In this document: in pieces, positions 13,501 through 27,400 of the stretch
How the letters are laid out: each line of letters starts with the position of its first letter
How positions within the stretch are numbered: position 1 is the first letter of the stretch
NCBI RefSeq assembly: GCF_902459465.1
Contig: NC_047081.1
Span: forward strand, 10,540,001 to 10,604,000
Length of the DNA stretch: 64,000 nt
Direction: 5' to 3'
DNA from: Asterias rubens
Taxonomy: Eukaryota
Notes under the pieces: model-generated
What the model was told of the DNA's origin: nothing
The model's input: only the letters and a program-made list of their open reading frames with translations
The model's database searches: none
Position numbers and translations under genes: made by a program

Positions 13501-15883
13501 ACAAAGTGGCGAGTCCCGGTACAGACCAGCATCTGCCAGAAACCAATTAGAAGATGTGAAAAGGTTTTTTTCTGTATAAGTCATGGTCCTTGACAATGTC
13601 CTGAGAACATTAACAATATTTCCTCGGCCACAGAGAGAAAGTAAACCCCACCTTACCCCAGAGTGGGTTACACTTCTATAAACTTCAAAATCAAACTGTC
13701 AAACATGGTTTATAGTGGACCACAAAGCTAGTACACATGACCAACAAGTGCCACAGCTGGCACTCAAATCCAAACTCTCCTGATCAGAAGCACCAGAGCT
13801 TGAGGTGCTCTTAACCTTTTGGCCATGACATGTCAATCCTTGCCCTGATGCCCAAGCTTAAAAGAAGTTACAAGTTGTGTAGATTGGGAAGACTGGAGAT
13901 TTTGAAGCATAAATGCTGTAGAGTATTTCATATGGGCCAGTAGAGACTGGATATAGTGTTGATCACCCATGTTTTACTGAAATATTGGAGGGGCTTGCTT
14001 TGGTGTGTGTTTTTAGAAACAGAAGCTGAGCTGAGCAACAGTAACTCACCTGCTGGCCATCCTCCGTCTTGTTCTTACAGTTGTGACTACTCAGAGTTGT
14101 CACAGCATTGTAATTTGACGGAATCTGCTCAAGCTTCTCAACGCAAGTCTAGAAAAGAAAAAAGAAAAGAAAAAAGACTCGTAATTCAAGTCAATATTGG
14201 ACCTTCCTGATTCCTGACCTTAACACAATTTCACAAGCTCATAATGCTATAAATCCAAAAATACTGCTTTGAAAATTTCTTTGGTAAGCGAAAAATGAGT
14301 GAGGCACCACTTGCAACAATGTAAACTTTATAGAATTTTGGCTGGTAATTAGTAACAAGATTTGTCTGTACTTTGCAAGTTTGTATGCTTAAATTGATTA
14401 TAAAATTTGGCCTTGGTCATGCAATTGTAATTATGCTCACAGGTCAAAGTTCCAAAAGTTAAAAGTTAGCCAGACTTAATGGAAGATGCAGTGCTTTTGC
14501 AATGAAGAACAAAGTTACATTGAGTTGTCAACTTCTTATTTGTTTTCACCTTTTGGTCAATCTGTTGTAATTTGAAGAAATACATTTCAATAACTTACGA
14601 GTTTGTCTTGGTTGGCTCGTACATACGGCCACTGCGACTCAGCATCGTTGAAAAACAGAACTTGGTAACAACAATCCTCCTGTACAAAAATGTTCAGAAT
14701 TAGGATTTACCGAGAACACTCCAGCATTTTTTTTTCTTGACATATTTTCTTAATTTATTTGAAAATTGTTTTGTACTCACTTCAATAACTTGTTCCTTTT
14801 CTATATCATTGTCTTTGTCTCAAAATTATTAAAAGGTAGAACTTTTCATTCAAAAGTTTATCTTTTCAAAGAATTACATTAGCCTCAGTTTTGAATGCTT
14901 AGGCTTTTGTTTGTTTAGCATTATCGCTTAGCTTTTAATTTGTGTACTAGTAGTAAAGGTTATCTTTTTCCCAGCCCAATTAAATCGTTCACTCTAACTA
15001 AATATGAAAAGAGATGATTTATTTTGTGAGCAGGAGCACTTTAAACATGATACAAAAATTTAACACAGAACTATAATGTTTTAATGGCCACTTACAGCGG
15101 GATACTTGTACTCATACCACAGTTGGCCAAGTTCATTCGGTTCGAACACAAAGCGCTCCAGGAATTCCATATCCTACAAACAAAACAAAATGTAAGAAGG
15201 GAACTTTTTCATGCCTAGTGCTGTAGCTAATTTTTTAAAAGCAAAGCAAACATTACAATTTCTGTGAGTGGCTTATCAAGTGCTGAGTTGGCCTTCTATA
15301 AAATATAGAAATTGTAACCTAATTTATTGTAGCGCCATCACTCAGTATCAAATTGGGCCACAGTAGAATTGTATGTTTTGTCAATCAAAAGGCATAATTA
15401 CATATTATTTCTACTGTCTTTTTTCTAAAGACTAATCTAACCTACTGTAAACTATTTATTAATATGTCATGGTTATCAATAATATTAATAAACAAAGTAC
15501 AATTTAATTAAATTAGACAACATATTATATAGTCGACATCACATAGAAATATCGGAATAAAATGAAAAATAAATAAACCAACAGCAAAACAAATTGCCAT
15601 TATCATCACTGAAATGGTTTGGTCAAAGTTACTTGAAGCAAACTCAGGGAACCTCGTAAAAACTATCAAAAGCTGTCAGCGTGCGTAGCGAAAAAGAGAC
15701 CCGGGCGGAGAGCCAACTTACACGGCAGGCCGGGCAGGCCGGGAAGGGCCGCGCCCGCTCAGAAATAGCAGCTGCACTCACCTTGCTCGTGTCAACCACT
15801 CCCTCGACGTACTTGCCGTCGATCACTGATGACGATGTTAACATCAGCACAAACGCTGTCATCAAAACAGCAACACAGGTCAT
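7574..15883 (-). CDS. TMEM145: Transmembrane protein 145-like (GPR180/TMEM145 family, signal peptide plus 7TM), about 595 aa
   Basis: 15 phase-consistent exons (minus): 15782-15883, 15096-15173, 14599-14679, 14050-14148, 13358-13532, 12776-12847, 12080-12229, 11649-11727, 11029-11198, 10426-10582, 10019-10139, 9576-9704, 9019-9090, 8572-8640, 7574-7807 (1788 nt). Motifs: GKYVEG, FLERFVF, ARWWFINIANC, KHFSADE, RLLHSTYQLF, GKGYTITRGRLS, KIVNGI, LTRP..NEYFPYHIKTNQ. The two small tail exons (9019-9090, 8572-8640) are supported only by splice signals and phase. Confidence 0.9.
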
Positions 15884-17536
15884 GTCAGACGGTGTTCAGA
15901 TATCACTTTATCCACAAAAATCCAAGAAATCGCAGCAGAATTGCGAAAAATCACAAGAATTCTATCAGAACTTTGCACAAAATACATGGGATCCGAACGT
16001 CCCAAAAGCAAGTTTGTTTCTGTTTTATGCAAATTACCTGGAAACTTTAACATTAATATTCATAAAGTGCGCCCTCTGTTGACAAGATTATTGTTTCGTC
16101 ACCAAACGTCATAATGATAGTCAACCAATAGTCTGTTCACGTAATGTATCTTGAAACAAACAAAAGAAAAGAGCAATGGTCATTTTTCATGATGCAAACA
16201 AAACAATTTTGATAATTAGGATGTAATACGTTGAGCAGCAAAATGTAACTTTTGTTTAGAGAGAGAGGATTTTTTTTTAGCGCTTGTATACGTGTGTGTG
16301 GCAGGAGATTTTTTTGTGGCCCCCAAACCATCCCCACCTCAGATATTATTTCGTCTGATAGTGATGTCTACTGATAGTGTCCTCTTTCGAATCCACATCA
16401 TTCAGCATGTTCAATTGCAACATGGGAACACACACATCGGATGAATTTAATCCCCTATACAAAATTGTTTAGGCCGATGGGATCCTCCCAAGTCCGATAA
16501 AAATGGAAATACAATTGTGGCGGCACATGCATCAATTAAAACACAAGCAAATCCTCACCTAAATTGGTTAACACTTAAAGAAGGAAAATATTACGGTGCA
16601 TAAAAAGTACACATAAAAATGAACACAGCTCAACAATTTTTGTTTGAATTCAAAAATTCAAGTCTAATTTATTCATTTCATTACATAAATATAGAAAAAA
16701 AACGTTACTTTAAAAGTTACACAAGATTATAATTACATACAATGTTATCAAGCATACCACTATGGAAACAATCTCTGCATTTAAAGATGTATTAACTCAT
16801 GTCCACCAGTAAATAAATTTCTGATTGATAGTTAACTTAACTTGACCATGTCTTCAAAGCCTACAAGAAAAATATAAACAATAGCATTCCACACTTTAAG
16901 TATCCAGATTTCAGACAACATGTCCTGACGTATGGGTAATTTTAGCAAAAGTGACGTCATGGATTAGGGCAGAGTGCTATTGCATACATTAGGTTGCAGC
17001 TACAACTCTTTTTATACACTTTTTACAATACCTTTAAAATGACAGTTGCCACATGTGTCTTGCAAGAGGTCAAACAGTGTCATAAATGCCATGCCCCCGC
17101 CCCCTTTTTTTTTACAGGGAGCTGAAACAATTAAAGGAATGTTATTGGCCCAAAGACCAGGGCACTAATTATAAGTGGTCAAACAAATGTCATAAATGCC
17201 ATGCCCCCCCCCCCCGCACTTTTCCGGGGAGCTGAGACAAATTAAAGGATTGAGTGAGCGAATTGAACATTTTTGCAAAATGCGCTACAAGAACTAGCTA
17301 TTATTATTATTATAAATACAAAACTTACAGTGTTTTTTCAGGTTTTTTTTTATGGTTCTGAAAATTAGGGGCAGAAGAGGAAATCAGTTGAACAGTTGAG
17401 AAGTTTTATGCCTGGTGTGTGGATTGCATTATGTTAGCTCATCCATTGAAAGCAGTAAGTGATTACTTCTTGCCTTTTACCAAGAACAATCTCCAAACAT
17501 AAGCCCCCCTCCTTTCCAAATGACTGGCTAATCAGC

Positions 17537-20276
17537 TTATGTCTTCCGCCTTGTGATGTGATCATAGATGACGACCTGCGTATACTGTGGGCAGGTCAGG
17601 GGTGTACGGGTTGAATTATCGCCAGGTGAGGCTGCCTGTTTTGGTGAAGAGAGGAAATGAGGGAGGAAAATAAATTAGCAAAAAAGCTGAGAATTGTTTG
17701 CAAAGTCCACACAGAGTTTTTCAGGAATGCAACTCAAATTTCTTGATGCAACAGCCACTCTGGTCAACTGTCTATTACAAAAATTAATTTCTTAAGGGCA
17801 AAACTCTTGGCCGACCTTGAACTTTGCTCTTGATCGGCCACAGCAGTTTCCCTCTGGTAAGGGGTAAAGGAAAATGAACATTTGTTTTGAAATTTTGCAA
17901 AGGGCACACCACAGCAAAAGCGCAGGGCATGACCAATGCTATGGGTGGCGTGTGTTAATTCCGATCCGACGCCTGCCTTGGTTTTGCGCTGAACTGTGAA
18001 TCCCCCGAATAGCTCTAAGGTACTTACCTTTGGATCAACGTTTAAAATCTTGCGATCTCTCTTGTTCTTGAAGAGCAGCCCTGATGCATTCTCCGCGATC
18101 ACCTGGTAGTTTGGAGTCGGGTTGGAAGTCGAGGTTTGGGTCTCCCAGTTGTAGAAACTATTCCACAATATAAATAAATAAATAAATAGTTGAATAAATA
18201 TAAATCATGTTTTTGCTACACAATAGGTTTTCACTGGCACCAAGGCAATGACAAGGGGGCATGGAGGCAATCGCCTTCATTGCATCTGTGAAGTATCAGG
18301 CCTGCAAATTTTACGAGAAGTTGCCCATTTTTAAAAGAGTCATTCATTTCCTTCATTGTCAAAGATCTTTCTTCTTTACCCCATTACCTGAGATCTGAGG
18401 GTCTGGGTAGGAGTCGTTTCCGGGCGGAGAAATACGGATCAAAGTCTTCGGTCTTCAGTCTGTGAGCGTAGTCGATGTAGCCGGAGATCTCTTGGCCTCG
18501 AGCATTCTTGTCTCGGATGAAGATAATGGAAGTCATCTTGCCACTCCGGTTTGCCTCTTCACGCTGGGCAAGTGCCTTCAGGAACGGATTCTTTAGCTCT
18601 TTGCCTGAGCTGGCGAGCGCTCTGATGATTAACAAAGAAGAGAAGAAGTACCCATTAAAAAAATCAGTCCAAGTAATCCCTATTTATAGAATTAACAATA
18701 CAATACATTTGTGTTAGATAACTTCATTCCTGGGGTGTTGTGGCCAAGCGGATCAGAGCACTGAACTCAAGCCCTGGTGTTTCTGTTCAGCAGAGTGTGG
18801 GTTCGAGACCCGGTCTTGCACTTGTGTTCCTGAGCTACTACAACTGCGAACTCTCCACCACCCAGCAGTGAACGGGTACCTGTGAGTGCAGAGATGGTTC
18901 TTGTGATTGATTTTAGCTTAGTGCACAGGGAGCTGAGATGGTTTAAGGAATGAATTAAATGTCCTAGTGACCCGGGCGGGGTAATAATATATTGGAGGCG
19001 CTTTGAGATGCCCTTCAGGTGTGAAAAGCGCTAACCTTTTTCTCTTTTGTATTTTCGTTGGTACTCACTTTTGTTGGCTTCTCTTTGAGAGCCTGCTTGC
19101 CTCTGCCGCCTGTTTCCTGGCTTCAAACTCCTCTCTCTTCAACACCTCACCGCTTCCACGGTAACCGAGTTCCACCAGCTGCCTTGCAAGTTCTTCATCC
19201 TGGAAACAATTTTGTCATTCTATAAATTTAACTTATCTATAACGTCAATCATTTTAAGTTTTGAAAGAACAACAAAATTGGTGATTGGTGAAATTCTGCC
19301 ACCACTCTTTTGTTATGAAATAAACAAGTATCTATTAACTCATAGACCTAGTTACTGGGCGGCTGTACTCCTTTTTTTGAAATTTGTCCAGTCGTACAAT
19401 TTTTTTTAAAAGTACAACAGGGTCTTATAAAAACAAATGAAATATTCCTTTTTTTGTAAAAAAAGTTTTTGAAAATTGTGGTCAAAAAATGTAAAATGTT
19501 CTAACTAACCAAGTTATAGGGCCTAATTTATAAATTATTTATTATAATTATTTATTGTTATCCAATGCAAAATTTGCAATTTTAACATTATTAATAAACA
19601 TTTTTGAAGTATTTAAAAAAATACTGTATAATTAAATTTATTAGGGCCACAAATTTATTTAATTTAGACTTTTTACTATTTTTAGTACACTGTCACTGTC
19701 ATAAATAATAACATAATAAATTAAAGTAAAAATCCCAGTAATTTATCGTATTTCCATGTCTAAAAATGAAATTTAAACAGTGTTTAATCATTATTATTCA
19801 CTTTTATTTATAATAATTTCATTGATATTAAAAATTGATAAAAATGGCAAAGCAAGCCAAGCATACAAAGCCAACCGAAGGGAAAGGCAAAGCAAAAAGA
19901 AGGGGATGATCACTTAGGCCCCCTAATAATTATAATTTAAAAATTTAAATTGAATAATGAACCATTCTACCTCCTCCATGAATGAACGCACTCATCTTTT
20001 TCGCCACATTGTTTATTCACTTTACTGTTTAAATCAAAGGGACTCACATTAGCTCCTTCATCGAGCTCCATGCACTGAAATTCCCATGCACCACTGACAT
20101 ACACACAAAAACAACAGAATCAAAAACCCAGATTTCCATCAAAACGAACCCCCAAATCATCCGCTTACCTCGAGGTATAGCAAGTCTAAAGACGTAATTT
20201 GTGAGTCCAGAAATTCCTCATAGGTGTTGAACTCAGTGACGATATTGTCACTGCCAGATGTAACTTCTTCCTCCAT
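17537..20276 (-). CDS. CFAP299: Cilia- and flagella-associated protein 299 (C4orf22), 233 aa
   Basis: Exons (minus) 20169-20276, 19069-19199, 18388-18621, 18028-18157, 17537-17635 = 702 nt. Motifs: [111 protein letters not shown]. Confidence 0.96.
18731..19035 (+). mobile_element. tRNA-derived SINE, near full length, in CFAP299 intron 2
   Basis: A-box-like TGGCCAAGCGG, B-box-like GGTTCGAGACC, core CCACCCAGCAGTGAACGGGTACC, tail GCGCTTTGAGATGCCCTT...AAAAGCGCTA. Related fragments at about 10820-10925, 13720-13830, 39620-39730 and 55500-55580 (reverse) and 49720-49860 (tail). Confidence 0.75.
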
Positions 20277-20383
20277 CGAGAAAATGGTAGATTTATCAAT
20301 ATAAAAAAATAGCAAGTTGCAGATTGTGTACAAATTTTTCTCAGCTGAATAAAACTCGCAACCACAAAATGACCTTTGACATT

Positions 20384-20398
20384 ATTGCCCTTAGCAAC
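20384..20398. promoter_or_regulatory. RFX X-box in the bidirectional promoter of CFAP299 and the coiled-coil gene
   Basis: ATTGCCCTTAGCAAC (reverse complement GTTGCTAAGGGCAAT) fits the X-box pattern with a perfect TAGCAAC half-site, about 110 bp upstream of the CFAP299 ATG. Confidence 0.65.
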
Positions 20399-20490
20399 CG
20401 TAAGCCGGTTTGGTTGTCTGTTCTCTGACTCACTACGGTATTCCTTTTACATGATGATATAGGATCGTTTATCAGACTAAATAAAACAGC

Positions 20491-21332
20491 ATGCTGACAA
20501 CGCAGACGGACGCCCTCTACGGCTCAAAGAATTCGACGAGTAATAAACCAGTTGAGGTGAGAGAGAGAGTTCCAGTTTCTGGTATAAGAAGTGGAGGAGT
20601 TTCCCCTTTTTTGAAGAAGAACGTAAGTAATCAATGAATGGCCATTATAAAATGAGAAATTTGCTAGGTATTGAAATTAGTGGCCAAGTGTGGTATTTTC
20701 CTATGTTGCGTTTTGACGTCATTTTTGTTTGGTTGTTGAGACTTTGTTGTGTTGTTTATAATTGATTGGGGTGTGTTGCCGTCTGTGTAGTGAGGGGGGG
20801 GGGGGTCAGAGTTCGGTGTCAGTAAGTAGTTGTGGTGGATTGGAAGGGAAGGGGGTCACTTGAAGTCAATGGAAGATTTAATTTTTGTATAACTAAGTTA
20901 TATTCTTCCAAAAAAATCATACCTATTTAAAGAAAAAAAAATTCAGATTCAACAAACAACAAGTTTGTAACATACATGTATTTAAAAATGGCAATAATAT
21001 TAATAACTACAAAGAAAACTATTTTTAACCAAATGAAAGTTGTTAATAAATTGAATACAAAAAGTTGCAAATGTTACCTATATATATATTTATATTGTTT
21101 ATTTGTTGTTCAAGAAATTGTGGCTGTGAAAACAAAATCGGAATATTTGTTAAAATCTAGCAACTTTTGTACAAAAAGACATGTCAAAATATTTCGTCAA
21201 AAAATGAAAAGTGAAAAGTTTTGTGTTTTGCTTTTACTTAGGTTGTTTTAATGTAGTTTGTTTCATCATGGAGGTAAAAATGGTTTCATCGACTTTTTTG
21301 TTTCTATTTCGCAGATGGAGTTCCAAAATTGA
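20491..21332 (+). other. First exon of the coiled-coil gene carrying a spliced upstream ORF (20491-20622 joined to 21315-21332, 49 aa) or an alternative N-terminus
   Basis: 44 stop-free codons from ATG 20491 end exactly at a strong donor AAC|GTAAGT. Splicing to the acceptor at 21315 adds MEFQN-stop, upstream of the main ATG (ACCACCATGG) at 21414. Confidence 0.5.
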
Positions 21333-21413
21333 AATTGTAGAGGTCCACCTTTAATTCTGTCGTCAAAATACATAGCCTACAAAAATTGAGAAAGTGGTTG
21401 TTACATCACCACC

Positions 21414-24400
21414 ATGGCAAGTGGAAAGCTTGTGATGCCCTTTGATAGTAGCCAGAAGATGAAGTCCAGGTACCAGACCCTTGCGTCCGTCGGTAGCGAC
21501 GAGCCGGAAGGGGAGGAGGCCAAGGAGTATGCTGCTTTCTTGAGGTAAAGAGTCATGTTCCCTGAGGAATCCATACAAACTAGTGTTCAGGCCGAACGCA
21601 CCAGTCTATTTAAGACATTTACCTCAATGTGGTTATCAAAGAGTTCTGTATTGCGCCCCCCCCCCCCCCCCCCCCCTCCTCCCTAAAAAAGATCAAACAA
21701 CCAGTAGGTTTCTTGGAAGATATTCTTGTAGACCAAAAGATGTGGGTCTTGTTCTGGAGCTGATAAAGGCTGGTGGTACTGGTACCTTTACCAAATACCC
21801 GGACTGCTTTGGCTAGTGGAGCTAACTGTTTGTCGATATAAAGCTTTGCTGATTGTCAAACTTGTGACTTCAGCAGCAAGGGCTTTGACAAAATCAAAGT
21901 TCAGCAGTCGAAAGTTGCTTCCTTAGATTTGCAGATATTCTTGAATCAGATCCGACACTGACAGATTCAGAATATCTGTTGAGTTGAAAGACAGTGTTTT
22001 GGCTCAGGATGTGATTCTTGAACTTGCACAGGAACGTCTTGAGAAAGGGCAATATTGCCGCCTATAGTCTCTTCGTCGTTTATATCAAATCCCTGGTTTC
22101 ATTTTTCAATTCACTCCTTTTTTCCCGATACCTGAATATTCTTGAGATGTAACTTGAATATTCTGAATATTCATGAGATGTAACTTGACCTTTCCATCCA
22201 CAGAGAGCAAGAGAGAAAATGTGGTCCCGACGGCTACCTGGATTCCAGCAAGTACACTCACTCCTTCCAGGTCAGAGGTCAAGTGCTTGAGGCCAAGAGC
22301 AACAAACCTAAGAAGCCTGAAGATGAAGAACAGCCCAAACAAGCACAGGTTGGTCATCCAGACAAAACAAAAAATGCCAGTCATTAATATTGTATTAGAG
22401 AGCCGCCCTCAATGTCAAAGTCACTTTTGTGATGCACTAATTCTTCAATAGATTGTGTCCTAGTAAAGGCACTGGATGGACACTATTTGTATATACTCAG
22501 AATAATTGTTAAGTATAAAATCTTACTTGTAACAATGTGAGAAATGGCTCCCTCTGAACATGGGGCTATAAGTCCATGCTCTGAAGTAACAAAGGTTTTG
22601 AGAAAAATGTAATTTCTCACTCGATATTAAAACAGAATTGTCATTAATTTAACTTGCAATTCTGCATTGTTATAAAAAATTTCTTCCATACGATGGTGAT
22701 GAAACACTTCTACTTTGAATTTTCTTGCAGATTGGTTTGTTCGGGACTTCAGCCGGTGGCAATGGCAAGAAATTGGAATTGAGGAGATCCAAAATCGACA
22801 CGGTGGTGGATTTATTGAACAGAGTGGAAAAAGACAAGGATGACTACGAGAAGAGAATGAAAGTCATCGAGGTAAATGTTTTTAATCACTTATCATTTAT
22901 TAAACCTAACTGCTAACTTTTTATCTAATTCTACTGAAAATTCCCTGAAAATAAAGCAATCTTTCCGTGTTCAGATGAACAAATTTGAAAATCTCCCCGA
23001 TTACGAAAACTTTTTTCCCGTTGAATGTAACTCTAAATCTCCCTGATTGTTGGACAAACTCTCCCTCATTGCAAGATGGAAATGTTGGCAGCACTGGCGA
23101 TCAGGTTGGTGTAGTGGTGTCAGGCCTCGCCTTCCACCTCTGGGACCCCGGTTTAAATCACGCCGAGGGCACTCTGTTGATTGGGTTTTCATTCCCTACA
23201 TGACTGCGTGAGTTTTCCCTGGAATAATTCTCGGGGTTTTCCTCCCACATCTAAACTGAAATTTCTTCTCACGGCTCTAATAAGAACGTTGAACCATCCA
23301 AATCCGAAAAGTGCATTCATCACAGTTTAATTAACATCAGTGAAAATGTTTTTTTCCTTATAGGATCACATGTGGCAGCACAAACAGGAAGAGCGAGAGC
23401 TGAAGAGATCAGAGGGAGACATCATTAAGAGTCAACACATGCTACGAAGAACCATGAAGGACTTTGAAATTGGTGAGAATTCGGACTCTGGTCCCATCCA
23501 AATTTTCCACAAACTTCCTTTTGAAAATACATATAGATGTGGGAGGAAATCCCTGGTAGGGAAAACCCACACAGCCGGGTTGAGATTGAAAAACCCAATC
23601 CTCATATAAGGCTCTGGTTCGGGCTCGAACAGGGGCCCAGGTTAAAGGCATGGAGAAAACCACTGAACCAACCTGACAAAGACATGAACAATCTTTCTCT
23701 AAGAGTTGGGTGGTTCTGTAAAGAACCGGTGGTTGTAACAACTCAACGCGTAAATCCAATGCTCTCATAATCGCCTCTTGGAGAAAGGTGGACACTGGAC
23801 ACAAAGATCACTGCAGGCTTTAGAAGTATAGATGATGTATCTATGTTTACATTCACACTGCCCTCTGTTGACAAAACACTGGACATGTCATGGCAAAAAG
23901 ACGCGTAGTCATGGTAAGATTGCGTGTACTTTCTAGCTGGCTGCCACAACACAAAGGTTTTGCCCGTGGTATGCGCGCGAATCATGTTATGGTTTTCGAG
24001 TGACGTCAGAGGTCACATCGTCTATTGTACATGAGGATTCCTCTATGATATAGAGAGAAGGTAAAGCCTGAGCAGATCTTACAAGATTTTATCTCGACCA
24101 TGCAAAGTTTGAAATCCTATTATCATCTTTTTTGTGTTCTTTTTCTGTTCAGGGATAAGTCGGAAGAAGCAAGCAGAAGCAAGAAAGATTCTAGAGAACA
24201 AGCAGAAGGAGTTCTTGATCACGACGGAACACATCCAAAAAAAGGAAAATGTATGTATTCTAAAGTTTAATATGAGAGGGAGCAGGGCTTAAGTTTAGGG
24301 GAAGTCCACTGGGCTTATGGCTCAAAATGTTTACTGGATAAGAATTCTTTTACAAGAGGGGAATCAAACAAGAAAAACTCCTGACCCACGGTCGAAAGTT

Positions 24401-27400
24401 TGCTGGCACGACACCAAAACTCAAGCCTGTGGTTCAGTGACTCGAGAGAACATTGTTTTAAAAATACAGTTTGAGAGAGTATATTTTCTAAAGACAAACC
24501 CATTAGGAAATTTGTTTTGTTGTTTTCATTTGTTTGTTGTTTTTGTTTACCTGCAGGCGACAAAAGAAAGGATCGAGAAGTCCATCAACAAAGATCAACA
24601 GATCAAAGATGAAGATAGAAAGTCTTACCTCACAATGTAAGTGTACTCCTTATATAGCACCTGTTTCAGACTGAATAAAGTACATGAATAGTTTGACGCC
24701 TGAAACAGTTAGGATCGACTGGACGCGCTAGATGTCGAAAGATCAACTGTTGCAGTCGGTCGGAACAACTCTGGAGCGCCTTGGTTTCAGACGTCAATCT
24801 TGATTGGGGTGTGTTGCCGTCTGTGTAGTGAGGGGGGTGGGGGTTGGCGAGGCTGGCGGGCCAGAGGGTCAGAGTTCGGTGTCAGTAAGTAGTTGTGGTG
24901 GATTGGAAGGGAAGGGGGTCACTTGAAGTCAATGGAAGATTTAATTTTTGTATATAACTAAGTTATATTCTTCCAAAAAAATCATACCTATTTATAAAAA
25001 AATCAGATTCAACAAACAACAAGTTTGTAACATGTTTGGAACAACTCTGGAGCGCCTTGGTTTCAGACGTCAATCTTGTCATGAGCTGAACCTAATGTAA
25101 ACGTTGTGTTAAGTTCGCCTGTCTGAAACCAAAATTTAACGGGGTCGACCCAGAGTCGCTCCTAATCTATTTAAGTGTGGCGCGACTTTGGAGCGCCTGT
25201 CTGAACTGGGTGTAAAAACAAATGAAATTTACTGTTTAGAGTTGACAGAACAAATTTGTAACCGTTTCCGTTTTGATGAATTATTTTGCCACAAAGTGGG
25301 GACCTGGAGAGGAGGTACCGCACAAAGATGAGCGAGATCGAGCTGAGACGATCCGAGGTGCAGAAACTGAGCGAGGAGTTCACAGACCGTATGAAGACCA
25401 AAGAGGAAGAAACCTTCAAGCTTAACAAGGAGCTTGCCGACATCGCTCTGACCATCAACATGGAGGCCCAGAAGCAACGCAAGATGGAGGTAGAAACTAA
25501 GAAGTAAGTTGAAGCTCATTGCTCTTACGACAAGATAATCGAGCCCGCCCAAGGGCCCCCCGAAAATTTGTTTGGTTTTAGATGCTCTGTGGTGCTGTCT
25601 GCTTAATCCATTGATTCAATTTATTGTTTTATTCATCAACAATATTTGTTGCAGTGATTCCTGAACCTGCCATAGATTTTGTTTTCATTCAAGTATTTTT
25701 TCAAGTATTGTATTTATTTTCTATGTCAGTTTGGAAGGGTTGTTTGAAGCATGAAAATTGTTCCAATTGGATGGATGGGTTACTTGATACCTCCTAAAAT
25801 CGAGATGCAGCAATGGAAACAAAATTGTATGGTAGAATTTGTTTTTATTTTTTAAACAAGTTTTTCGGTCGATGACAGTACTCCAACTTGGGGAAAGCTG
25901 GAGGAGGCAAAAAAAAATGAGCAGAAAAAAAACAAAAAAACAAAATTATAGCAGAAAAAAGGAAGGGTTTGACTAGTCAGCGGGACCACTTGTCAAGGTG
26001 TTTCAGCTGGTCCACCGCGGTTTCCACTGGCATTTGGCCAGCAGACACTGGTAGCCGCCACCAATGGACTGAGTATCCAGCGAAATCACCGGCAACCGGC
26101 GCTTCTGGACAACACTGTTGATCGTCTTCAGTCTTGTGACTTTTTTTATGAAATGCTTGAAAGAAATGTTTGGTTTTTTGGGTTTACAGGGATGGAAGAG
26201 GAGACTCTAAGGACAAGATCAAAACAGACAATGAGATGGAGGCCCAGTTTGAAGCCAAAATAAGGTAACATCTTTGATTTAAATCTGTATTAAGCCTGGC
26301 TTCATACTTCACGCGAATGCGATGCGAATTTGAGGTGAATTTGACGTCGCAACTTAATTTTCGCTGCGATATTCACAGAGAGTTGAGCACAATGCAACCC
26401 CTGCGAATTATTTGTTGCAAATTTTTGGCGTCAACATTCATATCGCATTTGAATCGCAGTAAGTATGAGCCAGGCTTTATTCATAACATTTTTCTGTGCC
26501 TAGGAAACCATGAAAAAGGCTAGAGAATGCTAATTGAAGTGTCGAGAAGACCCATACAGTTCTTATTAGGACCACCTTGTTCCACCGAAAGAACCACATC
26601 TGATAAAGGTTCCTGTATAAAGAACCATGGTTCCTTTAATGGCAAAGTATACCTTTGTATTTTGGAACCGTTCGATTGTTCTTATTCTATATAAATGTAC
26701 ATGAACACAATAAAACCAACCTGTGAAAATGTCTTTTCAAAATGTGGTCTCGTTTTTGAGATATCGCCAAAACTCGTAGGCGATTATGTCCACGCTGGAA
26801 TAATAATCCCTCATAGGAATATGCAATCTTAGCAGTGTTAAGTGGTAACCCTATTCAGATTCCAATTTTTAGGCTATTTTAGTTTTTTTTGTTTTGCATA
26901 ACTACATTACTGAAATATTTCTCCACATGCTTTTTACTATCAAAAGCGGGTGTAGGCTTTTTAACCAAAGATTTTTTTGGGCCATTAATTTGAAGAGTGA
27001 TTACCAAAGGTATACCTTTAAGTAACAGTATCTGATAATTGCTCCTTTAAAAAACACCCCAGAAATCACAAAATAAAACTGACTCAACCCAGTCTCTTTT
27101 CTAGTCCGAGTGACAAATTGTTACTCATACTTCACTCGCTGCGCTATTTTGATCCTTCTTTACAGGAAGAACTTCAACAAGTCTGGTCAATTTGAGACCA
27201 ACAAAAGACGCCTGAGTCTAGACTTGGTCCAGTCCAACGTCAACATGTTAGAAAAGAATAGAGATGGTAAGTCCATGAAGCATGGAGAGAGAACCTCGGC
27301 CTAACTTTAGAGAGTTGCTTGAGCACAAATATAAGCTAAGCAAAACACAGTGATGCTAACCAGAATAAGGTTACCAGCCAAACCATGATGTCACGTGTAC

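Noticed and set aside
15681-16082. 133-aa plus-strand ORF
   Set aside because: Antisense to TMEM145 exon 1 and its promoter; no motif.
18731-18830. tRNA gene (also tRNA-like stretches at 23088, 30190, 38550 and 41935)
   Set aside because: A/B-box-like motifs are present but there is no complete cloverleaf, and the sequence continues into SINE body; these are SINE heads.
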